Shown: positions 25,402 through 38,490, counted from the first letter of the whole stretch. The stretch: DNA of 58,839 nucleotides, filler included, from Dugesia japonica (GCA_001938525.1; 5 parts of 5 records of this genome joined end to end with filler, not necessarily neighbours in it); one strand, 5' to 3'. Program-made: numbers and translations. Notes: generated by a model from the letters alone, not told the origin.

Positions 25402-26508
25402 AATAAAATGTCTTGTAATAATGTGAATAAATTAGATACAACTAAAGCAAAATTTTATAAACTCTTAAAAAGTTATAATTTTATAGAAATTTCAGTTTTG
25501 GGTTTTTCTAAACAAAATAACTTACACGAAAAAACTGTAAAAAAATATTTAAGAGAATTTAATATTCCTTATAATAGAAGAGCAAAGATTAAAACTTTAA
25601 AAAGAGATGTTAATGGTCAATATGAATCTTTAAAACAAAGATATGAACGGTTGCAAAATTCCATTAGACCTGTTCAAAATCAACAAACACAAAATCAACA
25701 AATACAAAAACCAAAGATAGATTAGCGGAAAATGAGTGATTCAGATTTTCTAAAAGTTGTTGAAAATACTGTTCGCAAGAAATTATAGAATTTTATTTTT
25801 TCAGTAAAGAAAATAGTTAGTAAAAAAGTAGTTATTGCTAAACCAAAACAACAAGAGTTGTGTATAAATTCTTTATATAATAGTATAAATAATTTAGAAA
25901 ATCTTGTAAAATTTACTATCATGGAAATTGAAAGTTTTGCCAAATGTGAAATAACAAATAAAACAGCAAAAAAAATTTAGCTCTTTCAAAGAAAATGTAT
26001 TTACAAGTAGAAACTTTTAATGAATGTGAGAAGTTTAAAATATTATTAAGTATTATGGTTTCTAAATTTTGTGAATCAGAATGTAAGAGTAAATAAATTT
26101 TCTAAACAAGACGCAAGAAATATTGAAATTATAAAACAATTAGAAATTGATTACCAAAAAGAAAGGGATGAAAATAATAAATTAAGGGAACAATTAAATT
26201 TAGCTCAAAAACCAAAGTTTATTGAACATCCAGGTTTAAAACTTACATGATAAAATGGGAAGAAGATGATGATCTAATTATAACAAATGAAGATTGTATA
26301 AATATTGCTAAAAAAAATAAAAGAAATTAGTGATGATTTATGTGAAAGATTAACAAGATTAAAAGTTACGGAAGAATATGAAGGAGATATAAAAAGAGTT
26401 TACGCAGCTAAAAGCGATTTAGCAAATTACACAGTAAAAACTTCAAACTCAAAATAAGAACCTTTAAAGTAGTTATTTTTTTATACAACCAAATTATTTA
26501 TTTATAAA

Positions 26509-29500
26509 ATGAGTAGCTTCGCAAGTGAAACGCAAATCTCAAATATGAATTTTCAAAGACCTGAGTGTTTCAGCGTTAAATTTTAAATGTTATGTTTGTA
26601 AAAAGCTTTTTAAAAATAACGCGGTGTTGTCGTCGCATATCCAATCTCAAACCTGTGCAAGATCAGTATACAATTATTACATATGTAACATTTGTTTCAA
26701 AAGATAAGCAAGTGAAAAAGGCTTGCAATTGCATAAAAACTCCACAAATTGTGGTATTGATGGTAGGTCTAGAGTTGCTTAAAATTGTAATTATTGCAAT
26801 TTAACTTTTACTTGACAAAATCATGCACAATCACATTTTAATAGTGGAGTACAAGAGCGTGTTTTAAAATTGAGAGAAGAAGAAACTAAAAAATTATTTG
26901 ATGAATTACCTGGAAATGATGCAATTTATTTTGAAAAGAATGAAACTCGAAAATTATTTAAACATCTAAAGAATATAAAATATTACAAAATCAAATATTT
27001 TAAAGAAAGTAAAATTGAATTAACTAAAAATGTAAAAAAATTAAATTTTACATTAATAACTTGGTTTAAAAAAGAAATTACTAAAATTGCTGATATTTAT
27101 TTTGATTATTCAAAAGAATTGATGTTACGATTGAGTGTAAATTGCAATTATACTAAAGAAGATGAAGAAAAAGTATTTAATTTATATTCAAGTAATGAAA
27201 GAATTACTATCAAAAGCGATGTAAAAATTATTGTGGAAGAGTTATTAAATCAACTTCAAAGATACATGGAAAATGAAGATCAAAATGAAACCGGCTGGAA
27301 TTTGGATTGTATTGTTGATTTTAAAATTGAACTTTCAAAATATCAATCATTAGTTGGTGGTTCCCATGTTAATGCAACTTATAAAAAATGACCTTTTATT
27401 AAACCAGGTGTAATTAATATTAAAAATAAAGATGATTTTTGTTTTCTATATGCAATTTTGGCTCATAAACATGTATTTGAAAATAATCAAAATAGAGTTA
27501 CAAATTATTATCCTTATTTAAACGAATCAAAAATAAAATCCAACGGACCACACCAAATGAATTTTCATGCAAGTATTGATGATGTAAAATTATTTGAAAA
27601 ATTAAACGATTTTAAAGTAAATGTATTTGAAGTAAATGAAAACGTTAAAATCTATCCGGTTTATATTTCTCATTATAATAGTAATCCATCATCAGAAATA
27701 AATAAATGTAATTTATTATTTTTTAAAGGTAAATAAAGATAAATATTTTGTGTAGAAATGTTGGAGTTTTTGCAAATACTAATAAAAATAAAAACCATTT
27801 GTGTTTATGTTGTATGAATTCATATAGATTTATTAATTAATCATCTAAAGAAATGTATTAATCACGATTCATTTAAAGTATATTTTGAAAATGATAAATA
27901 TTTTTCATTTAAAAATAATTAATTTTCAAATGAATTACCATTTGTAATTTATGGTGATTTTGAAAGTTGGACTAGAACAATTACCAATAAACAAAAACCA
28001 TTATCTCTAGGAATTTATATCAAAAGTAAACACCAACATTAAATTCAAAATGAATATAAAGAATTTTATGGTGGAAGTATCCAAGGAGAAACCCTCCATG
28101 AAAAGTTCTTTGAATTTTTAGAAGAAATAAAAATAAATTAAGTGATATAAAAGAAAATAAATTAATTGAATATTATACTAGAACTAATCATCCACAATTT
28201 ACAAATCAAAACTGTAGATATTGTAATAAAAGGATAACTGAAAATCTAGTTATTTATCATGAACACTTTAATGGGGAATTCAGAGGTTATGCTCATCAAA
28301 TTTGTAATTTACAAGACAAATCAATAAAAGATATTTTTATACCTTTTTATTTTCACAATGCTTCTGGTTATGACAATCATCTATTTTTCAAAGAATTATT
28401 AACAAAATATCCAACAGAAATAAAAAGAATAATTCTTCATACAGATGAAGTGTACATTTCCTTTGAATTTTGGCATATATGAATTTTAAATTTTTCAAGA
28501 ATGTGTCCTTTTACATCGACCGACACAATGTATATTATTAAATCAATCAGGAAAATATAATCACTTAAGATTATTTAATCTTGCTCCAAAGAAAATATCA
28601 TTTACATATGAATATGTTAAAGGAGAAAATATTAATCAAGTAATTAATTTATTAAAAAAAGTAATATTTCGACAAAAGAAGATTTTAACAATAAACTAAA
28701 ACAACAAAAAATAACAACAAGAATACAATGAATTTTTACAAGACTTTAATCAATTTGGAAATTTATTTGAATATATGTTATATTACATGAAATTAGATGT
28801 AATTATTTTAGCAGATTTCTTTGAAAATTTCAGAGATTTGTTTAAATAATTATAGCATAGAACCAAGCTATTGTTACTCAGCTCCAGGTCTAACTTAGGC
28901 TGCAGGAATGAAATTCACAAAACAGAAACTAAAGTATGCACAAGAAGACACATAATATATACTTAAAAATAGAAAAAGGTGTTAGAGGTGGTTTTTCAGG
29001 GGTTTGTGAAGATAATGATAATATTAAAGATCCAAAATATAAAAGAGTAAATCAAGCTGAAGTGAATGATTTATTAAATTTATTATTACAAGGAAAACAA
29101 ATATTTTCACAAGATTATTTTGAAGATACATTTTTCAAATATTTAGATGAAAACAGTCTTTATGCAAGCTGTATGACAAAGCCTTTACCAACTGGTGAAA
29201 TAATTGAATCTGACAACTTGGAATATAGAAAATCAACCCCAGAAATTAATTACATTTATGAAGTTGATTTAGAATATCCTCCAGAAATTCATAAAAAGAC
29301 AAAATACTTTCCATTAGTTCCAGATAGAATAAATATTAAAGAAGAAATGTTAGGACCATATCAATTAAGCTTTTTTTAAAAGAAATTATCAAAGAAAAAT
29401 CTTAAATTAACATTGAAACAATTTGATAAACAAAATTATATTGTTTGGGTTCCACAATAGATTTATATTTTAAATCAGGAATGAAAATTAAAAAAATACA

Positions 29501-29602
29501 TTCAAAATATACCCTTCCTACAAAACCATGGTTAAAGGATTACATACAATTTAACATTGATCAGAGAAACATATCAAAAATAAATAATGATGTATTTGAA
29601 GA
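26509..29602 (+). pseudogene. Protein-primed family B DNA polymerase, 3'-truncated
   Basis: INIKNKDDFCFLYAILA, PFVIYGDFES (ExoI), FHNASGYDNHLF (ExoII), YYMKLDVIILADFFENFR (ExoIII), GVRGG, YLDENSLYASCMTKPLPTG and YEVDLEYP. Many stops and frameshifts. Confidence 0.92.
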
Positions 29603-29796
29603 AGTAGGTAGATGTTAGCGCACTACACGTCCACCCCCTCCCCCCGGTGGGGGGGACGTGTAGTGCGCTAACATCTTGATTATTGATTATCGATTTTCGA
29701 TCTGATTGATTTTTGATCGGATGAAATTTTTTTTTGATCGGATCAGAAATTTTTTTTTAAATTAATAGAAAAATAATTTTGTTTAAATGGTGATTT
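29603..29796. mobile_element. Left terminus of a further Polinton-type element, with a perfect 23-bp hairpin
   Basis: AGTAGGT followed by AGATGTTAGCGCACTACACGTCC (29610-29632), a C/G-rich loop and GGACGTGTAGTGCGCTAACATCT (29654-29676). It cuts off the pPolB reading frame. Confidence 0.75.
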
Positions 29797-29896
29797 NNNN
29801 NNNNNNNNNNNNNNNNNNNNNNNNNNNNNNNNNNNNNNNNTTAATTAATTAANNNNNNNNNNNNNNNNNNNNNNNNNNNNNNNNNNNNNNNNNNNN
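29797..29896. other. Artificial contig spacer
   Basis: 44 N + TTAATTAATTAA (29841-29852) + 44 N. Confidence 0.95.
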
Positions 29897-30219
29897 GAAA
29901 TATATAACAATAAAGTTTTATTTTAAATGACTTTACTTATTTTTTATTAAACATTTGCCATCGTTTTTTGCAAATTTAAACAAATCTTTTATTTAACTCT
30001 ATTAAGTTTTAGTTATAGCTTAGAATTTTTTTTTGCAAGGCAATAAAAAATCTTTTGAAAAATTCCGGATATATATTGATTTCTTATAACAATAACTTAC
30101 TTGCAATAATGATGATATTAATTTTAAATATATAAATCTTAAGCTTATAAACTTCAACAATACAATNNNNNNNNNNNNNNNNNNNNNNNNNNNNNNNNNN
30201 NNNNNNNNNAAGACAATAA

Positions 30220-31087
30220 GTTGGTCTTAAAATTTGATGATGGCAAGTTAATTAAAGACTCAGGAGTTTTCGATCTGCAATTGATTGAGATTCCTAATGG
30301 GATGATAATAATCCACTAAATTTTTGGAAATCTAATCAGTTCTTTAAAACCTGCTCAGATTGCTGACATTGCTAGGAAAGTAATTTTTACACGAAAAACT
30401 GTTGATATTTTGAAGCTTAACCATAAACTGTTGGAGCTGTTGCCAGAAGAAGAAACTGATCATAGATTTGATAATTTCTGATGATCAAAATAACACTTGA
30501 TTTCCCTGCCGAATATTTAACATGCGCAAAACTTATCTAGGATGCCGCTGATTTACTTGAAACTATGTTGTCAAAGAATCTACATTCTAAGAAAGCATTA
30601 TACCACGTTACAATATTAATAGTCTACCGTCTGCCTTAAAAAAATGTATTAAAGCTGACAACATTACTGGCAGTAATAAAGGAGAATACATTTGCATTAT
30701 TCGAATTGATTTAGTACCAAGCCATAGTAATCTACCAATCAAAATGTAATTTCGACAGTTTCCTGTATTCTTGGCATTCTCTATGACCATTAATAGAGCA
30801 CGAAGCCCAACAATTGATCAAGTTGACTTTTACTTTTTGAATTTGTTTTTGTACATGGTCGACTCTACGTTGCACTTACTCGCTTCAGAAATCACGAAAA
30901 TCTTCGAGTCTTTATCAACAAATCACTTTATCTGTACCACTTTATTGTAATTAAATAATTATTAAATTAAAGGAAACTGTGGGTTTTCATTTAAATAGTT
31001 GTTTTTTAAATATTTTGATTTGAAAAAAATATAACACAGAATAGTTAAAATTTATTCTCTTCCGTTATATTATCGAGTTACATCTAG
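30220..31087 (+). mobile_element. Helitron RepHel (PIF1 helicase) C-terminal relic
   Basis: FPAEYL, ITGSNKGEYICIIRIDL, RQFPVFLAFSMTINRARS.T and FVHGRLYVALTR. Possible CTAG|T 3' end at 31084-31087. Confidence 0.8.
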
Positions 31088-31160
31088 TTATTTGATGATC
31101 CAGTGGTAACAGTCCTAATCAACTAATCAATGGTGGGTTCAAATCCTGTGAATGATCATT
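31088..31160 (+). pseudogene. Degenerate tRNA-derived sequence (tRNA pseudogene or SINE head)
   Basis: A-box-like TGATCCAGTGG and B-box GGGTTCAAATCC at tRNA spacing, followed by a T-run. Confidence 0.45.
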
Positions 31161-32359
31161 TATTTTTTTTACACTTTGTTTTTTAATTTTATTTCATTAT
31201 TGATAAAGATTGATAATTTTAAACCTATTTTTTCTTATTCGTAAAATTCTCTATCTAATAGATATTTTAATGATAATTTCAGTAATGCTAGTTTTGTTTT
31301 ATTTTCAATCAAATTTAATGATGACAATTTGTTATTTATTTAGACGATAGAAATGATTTGGACTGCTGTAAAAAGCTATATAGTAAGTTTATCTTTATTT
31401 ATTTTTGATGTGTGATGTTACATTACAATTACAAATTAATTGAAATTGAAATTAATTTAAATTCAAATGTGAAATTTGTAAAACAATAAAATTTGGTTTA
31501 GCTAGAAAATAATTTTGATTAGAAAAATTTTCGTTCTTTGAATTTATTCAATAGTTTTTTTTATAAAGTTCTTATTGAAAATAAATTGTCATCGGATGAA
31601 TTTCCTAATGATCATATTTTTTTTAATGATTTTCAATGATCTGAATTTGACATTTACAACTCAATAAATATAAAATAATTTTTGGTATTAATATTGTCAG
31701 TAATGAAAAAAACGACTTTACCATGGAAGTTCTCATATCCTGATCCTTATCCTTCATCAACCGCAAAAAACAAAAAAAATCATTCAATATATTATGTGAA
31801 TACACAATCGGTAACGGTTAGTATTAAGTTTTTATTTGTTAACAAACAATCAAATAATATCGTTTCTTGCAAGCCTCATGTCTCAAACCAGTATATTTTT
31901 ACGTGTTATTACGTGTTACAGTAATAAACTTTACTTTTTACAGCATTTTAAATTTTCAGTTTTTTGTTCATCTATGTTGTACTTTATAGGTTCCAGATAT
32001 TTTTCTGACCAATCTAGAACCAATAATATTTTATACACACCAAAATTATAAGTATATAAAGAAAGTTTAAATTATATTTTATTATTTTTCTTTTGAAAAT
32101 CATAAAAGTATAGAACTTTTCTTCATAAAATCATAATTGTATTGGAACAAGTATAGTTTTCTTCATAATAAATTTCATGTTTTTTTTATTTAAATGTTAT
32201 TTAACTTATAAAAATTTTTTTATTAAAAACAATAATAAAACTAATTCAAATCTGTATTCTCACGCACTGGGATCCATGTCATCAATCATAGTTTAAATTC
32301 TAAATTCTAAATTAATTTATTAATTAATATACTTTGCTTATAAGAATTCGAAATTAATA

Positions 32360-34114
32360 ATTATGTTTAGATAATAAACAAGTTTCACTTTTTGAATTGA
32401 AAAGTTCTTACCCAAATCTGTTTGTAAATTATCTGGATGTCCATTTTTAAACATTAACTTGTGTGCGGGTTCCATATCATTAGCAAATTTTTATTTTACT
32501 AGAACAGCTTTAGCAAATCTACTAAATACATCGATACATGTCAAAATATACTTGTAACCTTTATAAATCTTTGAATATGGAATTATCTTCATTATATACA
32601 TGTGGTCATCAATACCATGTTTTATATACTCTTGTTGGAAATGTTTTCAACATCGGTTCGTTCAGGCTGTACTCTAGTTGACCCGATAACCATTTATTCG
32701 TCTTTTTTTTCGATTTTTCAGCTGCTTCCATCAATTTTTCTACACCTCGAAAACTTGCTGGGTTTTTTGGATCAGTACATATTGTCTTAAGTTTCCCCAT
32801 TACAACAATTCGTTGTAAATTTCAGGTCAAAATTAGGTAATGGTTGCAATCCACCCATTGTTTATTTAAATATTGCTATAAATCAATCATTGTTTATTTG
32901 TATAGTTAGTCCTAATGTTGTTAATGTAATTGGTAATAATGCTGTTATAAAGTCACCTTGATTATTCATCATTACTTGTCTCATCAATTTCCTATTTTTT
33001 TAATTTACAAGCGTTAGAAGTTTTTAATGATTTTTCAATGCATCATTTTTAACATGGCTAAAATTTAAATTACCACGAACAATGTTTACTATAATCTCAA
33101 TTAGATCATCTAAAACATGGTGGAAATGATTGTAAAATTCTCATTCTAGAGAATTTGAATGATTTAATCATGGCAGTAAAAAACGGAATACTTTATTTCT
33201 AATTTCATTTTATTTCAATATAACATACATATCATCGAATTGTTTATAATAATATTCATTTTCCATTTATCATTTTCAGTTTTTCCGGTACTTTTTGCTA
33301 GGTTTTTAAACTTTTTCTTGTTTGGATATGTTTTGTTACATGATTGCTTCTTATAAGAATTTTTCTTATAATATTTTTTTCGTCTTTTAACAGCAGGCTT
33401 TTTTCGTTGTTTAACATCGACATCGGAAACTAAATCAACTAACATTTTAAATTTTCTTAGATTTTTCCATTTTCTATAAAATTAGAGAAATTACCTATTT
33501 GGTTTATACACTGTTATCTCATTTGGACTAAATATATTAGTTCTCACTCTAGTCATTTAGACACTGTTGAGTAAAGTCGGAATGTAAATATCCTTTAAGA
33601 TTTTCTGTTGCATCTAGAATTGATTTAATCATAAATTGTATGTTATTTGGATATGCTTGTCCTGCTAGAAAATCAACAACAGTCTGACCTCTAGGATTTT
33701 TGAATAGAACCAAATATTTTACGTCTAAATTTCAGGTTCTATGGCTACCTTCTTGATGAAATAGATTTTGAGTAATAAATATCAGTCACATTACGATGTC
33801 TTGATTTCTTTGTGAATAAATTATTGAAATCGCTTTCTTTATCAGCTTACTGAAGTAGGTCGTAAACAACAATAACATCACCAGATCTCAATCTTTTGCT
33901 CGAATCTTTATCGAAACCATTTATAGTTTTACTTTTATTATTACAAAACTCAGATTTAGTCAGTCCGATCTCTTCATCTGCGCTCCTATGCCAGTATGTT
34001 TTTAAATTTCGACTTGAATAAATTTGATTTCAACCATTTACATACAAACAAAGTTTTCCCACTACCACTAGGTCCAACAATTTAATAGATTGCATCATTT
34101 CTTCATTTATCCAT
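32360..34114 (-). mobile_element. Polinton fragment C (ATPase, basic ORF, GGDF peptide, integrase start), same lineage as A
   Basis: ATPase VGPSGSGKTL, FTKKSRHRN and FITQNLFHQ..YLVLFKNPRG. Integrase MGKLKTICTDPKNPASFRGVEKL, YKYILTCIDVFSRFAKAV and LQTDLGK. Confidence 0.88.
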
Positions 34115-35390
34115 CTTGTTTTAAATTTATTTATAATTCAGTACATTGTTTATATTTGTTTTATCGAATCAATTAAATTAATTCTATTAAAACCCCAATG
34201 TTCTACATTAATTCATTAATTCTGAAAAACAATATTAATTAAAGAGGTAAAGTGTCCCAAAAAGTAACCAAGAAAATGAGCTTTCCTATATTTAAACTAT
34301 GTCAATTCAAAGTCAAAAGTGACAAGTTTACAATTATATTCTTCATATTAAGAAAATGTAGAATAATAGTTTGAGAAACATCAATTAATTTTTAGACAAA
34401 AAAGAAGCTAAATTAGACGAAAATGAGTTATCTTCGCTCTGGAAGATCACAAATGATCCGAACAAGAAAAACTGAAGAGAAAAAGTCATAGGGAACTAAA
34501 TTCAGCACCAAGAAATTGATATTCCCAACAGAAGGCCTGCTAAAAGGGTTTGAAGAATAGGCCAATGAGGGGCCAGGAAAGAAACGTGAGACTAAGCTCT
34601 GAAAATCACAAGGTCTCTTAAAAATAGACACCAATAGTAGAGCAAAAATACTTAGAAAAAATCAAAAAATTGGTATCACCACTAATGGAAATCAAAAAAT
34701 TTAAAACAAAAATAGAACGCCAATGAAGGCTGTGTCAGGGTGTAACAGAAAATTGTATATAAACTCCCCTGATTTTAGTCGAAAAACAACTAAAAAACTA
34801 TTTTATTATGGCTCGTTTGTGAACGTATAGAAAAATTTTAATTGTGACATTGTACGATTACGGATGCCAAATTGCGTAGAGAAATTTATAAATAACAAAG
34901 ATACAAAAGTCTTTAACTACTAATTACTTTGGATCAATTCAGATTGTTAAGGGACTCACATGTATCGTTGAATGAAACGATCCAAGAGCAAATGCATCGC
35001 GTTTCGCAAGGAAGCCGATGCTTCTCATGCGCAAGAGCGACTCTGAAAAAGTCAACTAGAGTACATTGCTGAGATCATCCGGTCCCTCCATGACTTTGAA
35101 GATTAACTGGTCGCCAATGTCTTAGAACTGAAAAAACGCATGACACTTGAACCATTGATGGTGGATAAGTCGACTCAAACTTCACGGTCATATTGTGTTA
35201 TGCTCTTGCTTATGTATAAAATAAAATCTATGTTGAACCTTTCTGAATAGCGTACAGTTGAATCATTTAATTTTTCATAATTGAATTAAATATAAATCAT
35301 TTAAATAAACTGTTAATCATCTATTTCTTTATATTGCCCACAATACAATTACCAACAAGCCTTCGTCGATGTCATCGTCTAATATAGAAG

Positions 35391-35609
35391 TTGTTACTCG
35401 AACGTCACGTCAAACGACAAAACGAGCGAGCTCTTTTGCGGCAATTGACACAAGGCAATCGGTTGATTAAGAAACGTGATCTTATTGTCAATAAGCAGGG
35501 TAAGTTTGCGGAACACACCAAACAAATACTTACACACAAAATCGAATTCCTTCAGCAGTACATTGCTGATTTAGCCAACCGCTTTGAGCAAGAGACATGG
35601 GCGCGATAG
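35391..35609 (+). CDS. Orphan coiled-coil ORF (possible element accessory gene)
   Basis: Locally GC-richer and amphipathic (TKQILTHKIEFLQQYIADLANRFEQ). No recognised family. Confidence 0.3.
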   Translation: MLLERHVKRQNERALLRQLTQGNRLIKKRDLIVNKQGKFAEHTKQILTHKIEFLQQYIADLANRFEQETWAR

Positions 35610-35934
35610 AATAGCGACGACGACAAAGCAGCATTTAGCTTCATGTCTGTAGAACCTACCCAGTGGTTAGAACCGGGTTCTCTGGATTATATGTAATTTA
35701 GAACAAAATCTATCTGAATTTCAGTATATTATTTTATTTGATAAATGAAATGGGAAAATAACAAACCCTAAAATAAAAGTATGGAGTGTGTACGTCAAAT
35801 AAATGATGGAAGTCAACCGCTCTATACTGAAGACCTAATAAAGGACATTAGGTAAATTCTTGAAGGAATACCATGAGGACTGATTATTTCCACAGCCACA
35901 AATTTTTTTTAAACACCAACTCAGGTGGAAACCC

Positions 35935-35967
<33 letters not shown>

Positions 35968-38490
35968 GTGCTGGTGAGCAGCTAATATTGCCCGAGGGGA
36001 GTTTACTTAACTACTTGAACATTTTGGTTAATTTTAAAAAAAATCATTAATTTTAGTTGATTTAAACAAAATAATTAAGTTTGACGTATTTAAACAAAAT
36101 AAATATGACGTCATTTCACACTCAGTTTGAAAAGGATGACGTCATCAATACACACTAAGTTTTGTAATCTAAAAAAACGACAAAATAATTGGCCGGAAAT
36201 GTTTTTTCTTTGAAAAGGATGAATTTTATTGCAATATTTATCATCTCAATTCAATCATAACTATTGTAAAGTACTTTTTTTCTTTTAATTTATATTAAAT
36301 TTATTGAATTTTATGTAATTTGAGTTGTAAGCCTTTTTGAAAAAAACATTAAAACAGTTTTTCAAAAAATAGCAGTTTGCTGTTTTTTAATTTTTTTACA
36401 ATTAAAAGCAGTTTTACTGTTACGGTTTCTAAAAATTTAGTACCAAAGAATCATTTTTTCTTCAGTTATTTTAGCTGATAATTCATTTAAAAGTATAATC
36501 ACATTAATTATTTTAAAAATTTGAATTATTTTAGGGATTTTTTATTTAATTAATCATAATATTATTCAAATAATTTCTAACTTTCATGATTAAATATGAT
36601 TAAATGCTTGAATAATTTAAGCATGTATTGACTTTATATTAATGATTAATATTATTTTAGAAAACAAATTTGCCAATTAAATCAGTATTTGTTGAAGACA
36701 ATGAAAATATTAAATGGTTAATTAATTTATTGTAATTATACATTCCTTTNNNNNNNNNNNNNNNNNNNNNNNNNNNNNNNNNNNNNNNNNNNNNNNNNNN
36801 NNNNNNNNNNNNNNNNNNNNNNNNNNNNNNNNNNNNNNNNNNNNNNNNNNNNNNNNNNNNNNNNNNNNNNNNNNNNNNNNNNNNNNNNNNNNNNNNNNNN
36901 NNNNNNNNNNNNNNNNNNNNNNNNNNNNNNNNNNNNNNNNNNNNNNNNNNNNNNNNNNNNNNNNNNNNNNNNNNNNNNNNNNNNNNNNNNNNNNNNNNNN
37001 NNNNNNNNNNNNNNNNNNNNNNNNNNNNNTCCTTGTACATTTTTTCTCTAGTGAGTTTAATTCTAGTTTTAAAAATTTATTTTGGTATGTTTTACGAAAA
37101 CTAAAATTAATGTTTTAAAATTCTGAGGGTTTTTGAATGTTTCATATAATACGTTTTAAAATTGCTCTTTCATGGAATTTCTCTTTTCATATTGTCTTAT
37201 TCATAAATTTGAAAATTTTTCTTTACTGATTTTTGATTTAATATTATAATTTTTTATCCTGATTCAGTATAATATAAGTAATTTTTTTGATTAAAAACCT
37301 TTAAAAAATTAATGAATAATTTTTTTATTTTAGTGAGTTGCAATCTTCAATAGATAATTTTGAAAAAATCATTTATTTCATCTCAAAATGTTTATTTACA
37401 ATTTTAATTATTTGATTTCAATTTGAATTTAGTTGTTGAATTGAATGAGAAAATTTTCGAATTCAATGATAAAATAAGATCAATACCATGGAATCACATT
37501 CATGGATCAAACTATATAATTTTCGGAAAGTAAAATGAGTTATTTTTAATGTTTATTTTAATGTTTTTGAAGTCCACTGATTAATAGTTTGGATATTTTA
37601 CAAGCTTTAATTGGGCGACATATTTTTTATGAAAGCAGTTTGACGAGAAATTTTTCAATTATCACTTGTAATTTTAATTCGATCCATTCTGAGTATTTTT
37701 TACTAAAAAATGATAATAAAATGGTAAAAAATAACGATAACAAAGAAAATAATAATGTAAGATAGTAGTTGAATGCGTAAACATCAAATCAGGAAATGAC
37801 ATAATCAATAGATGTGAACTTTCAAACAATGAAGCTGAGATTTTCTCATTTTCAAATGAGATGAAATTTTTATATATGTAGTTACATTTGACATATTGTC
37901 AGGACTAAAAGCTACGATAAGCCTCACTAATTTCTTTTTTTCACGATCTGATTTGTTTGCTTTGTACTAGTTCATTTTCGTCATCCTTTCGCGTGATTTC
38001 TTTATTCAACTTTCTTTTAAGAGATCTTGACTGAGCCCCCGAAATTTCTGTTGGGTTATTAGGCTTTTGATGTTAGCTATATTCACTCCTGCATATCTAA
38101 AATTTTTGATGCTGTTTTTTTACAAAAGACTGTCTGGAGGATGATACCTAGTAACCACAGAAATTTGTGATGTCTTCTCCTACATCATGATCCCCGAGTT
38201 CAGCGAGACAGAAAGTTCTGATTGAAATTGGCTCTTATTTTTGTCAAATGTGTGATATGACCATAATAATTTAGTGTCCAGTGGCTGCTTCGATAAAAAC
38301 TACTTTCATTTTTTTGAATTCTTTAATTTCATCATGTTTGGGTTCCCTTCGATATGTTTGTTTTAAACATTTTATTTGCATCATTTATCGCTTAATTAAT
38401 TATTTTATTTTAAATAATTTATCGTTTATGTGATTCAACATTAAGTGCTAACAACGACATTTCTCAAAATATATTAATTCATTCACAGGA

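Larger units (their letters stand above)
24907..29602 (+). mobile_element. Polinton fragment B (hairpin terminus, accessory ORFs, ZnF-pPolB)
   Basis: Begins with inverted repeat A(A/G)TAGT(A/G)TGTAAATGACGGCTTC at 24907 and 25037. Orphan ORF 25408-25725, then pPolB closely related to 53190-56901. Confidence 0.8.

Noticed and set aside
26509-29602. Alternative genetic code or programmed frameshifting explaining the stops
   Set aside because: All three stop codons and indels occur at scattered positions not shared between paralogues, which indicates neutral decay or sequencing error.
38150-38400. Non-LTR retrotransposon restriction-like endonuclease tail
   Set aside because: Only a vague VVFIEAATG resemblance, too degenerate to call.
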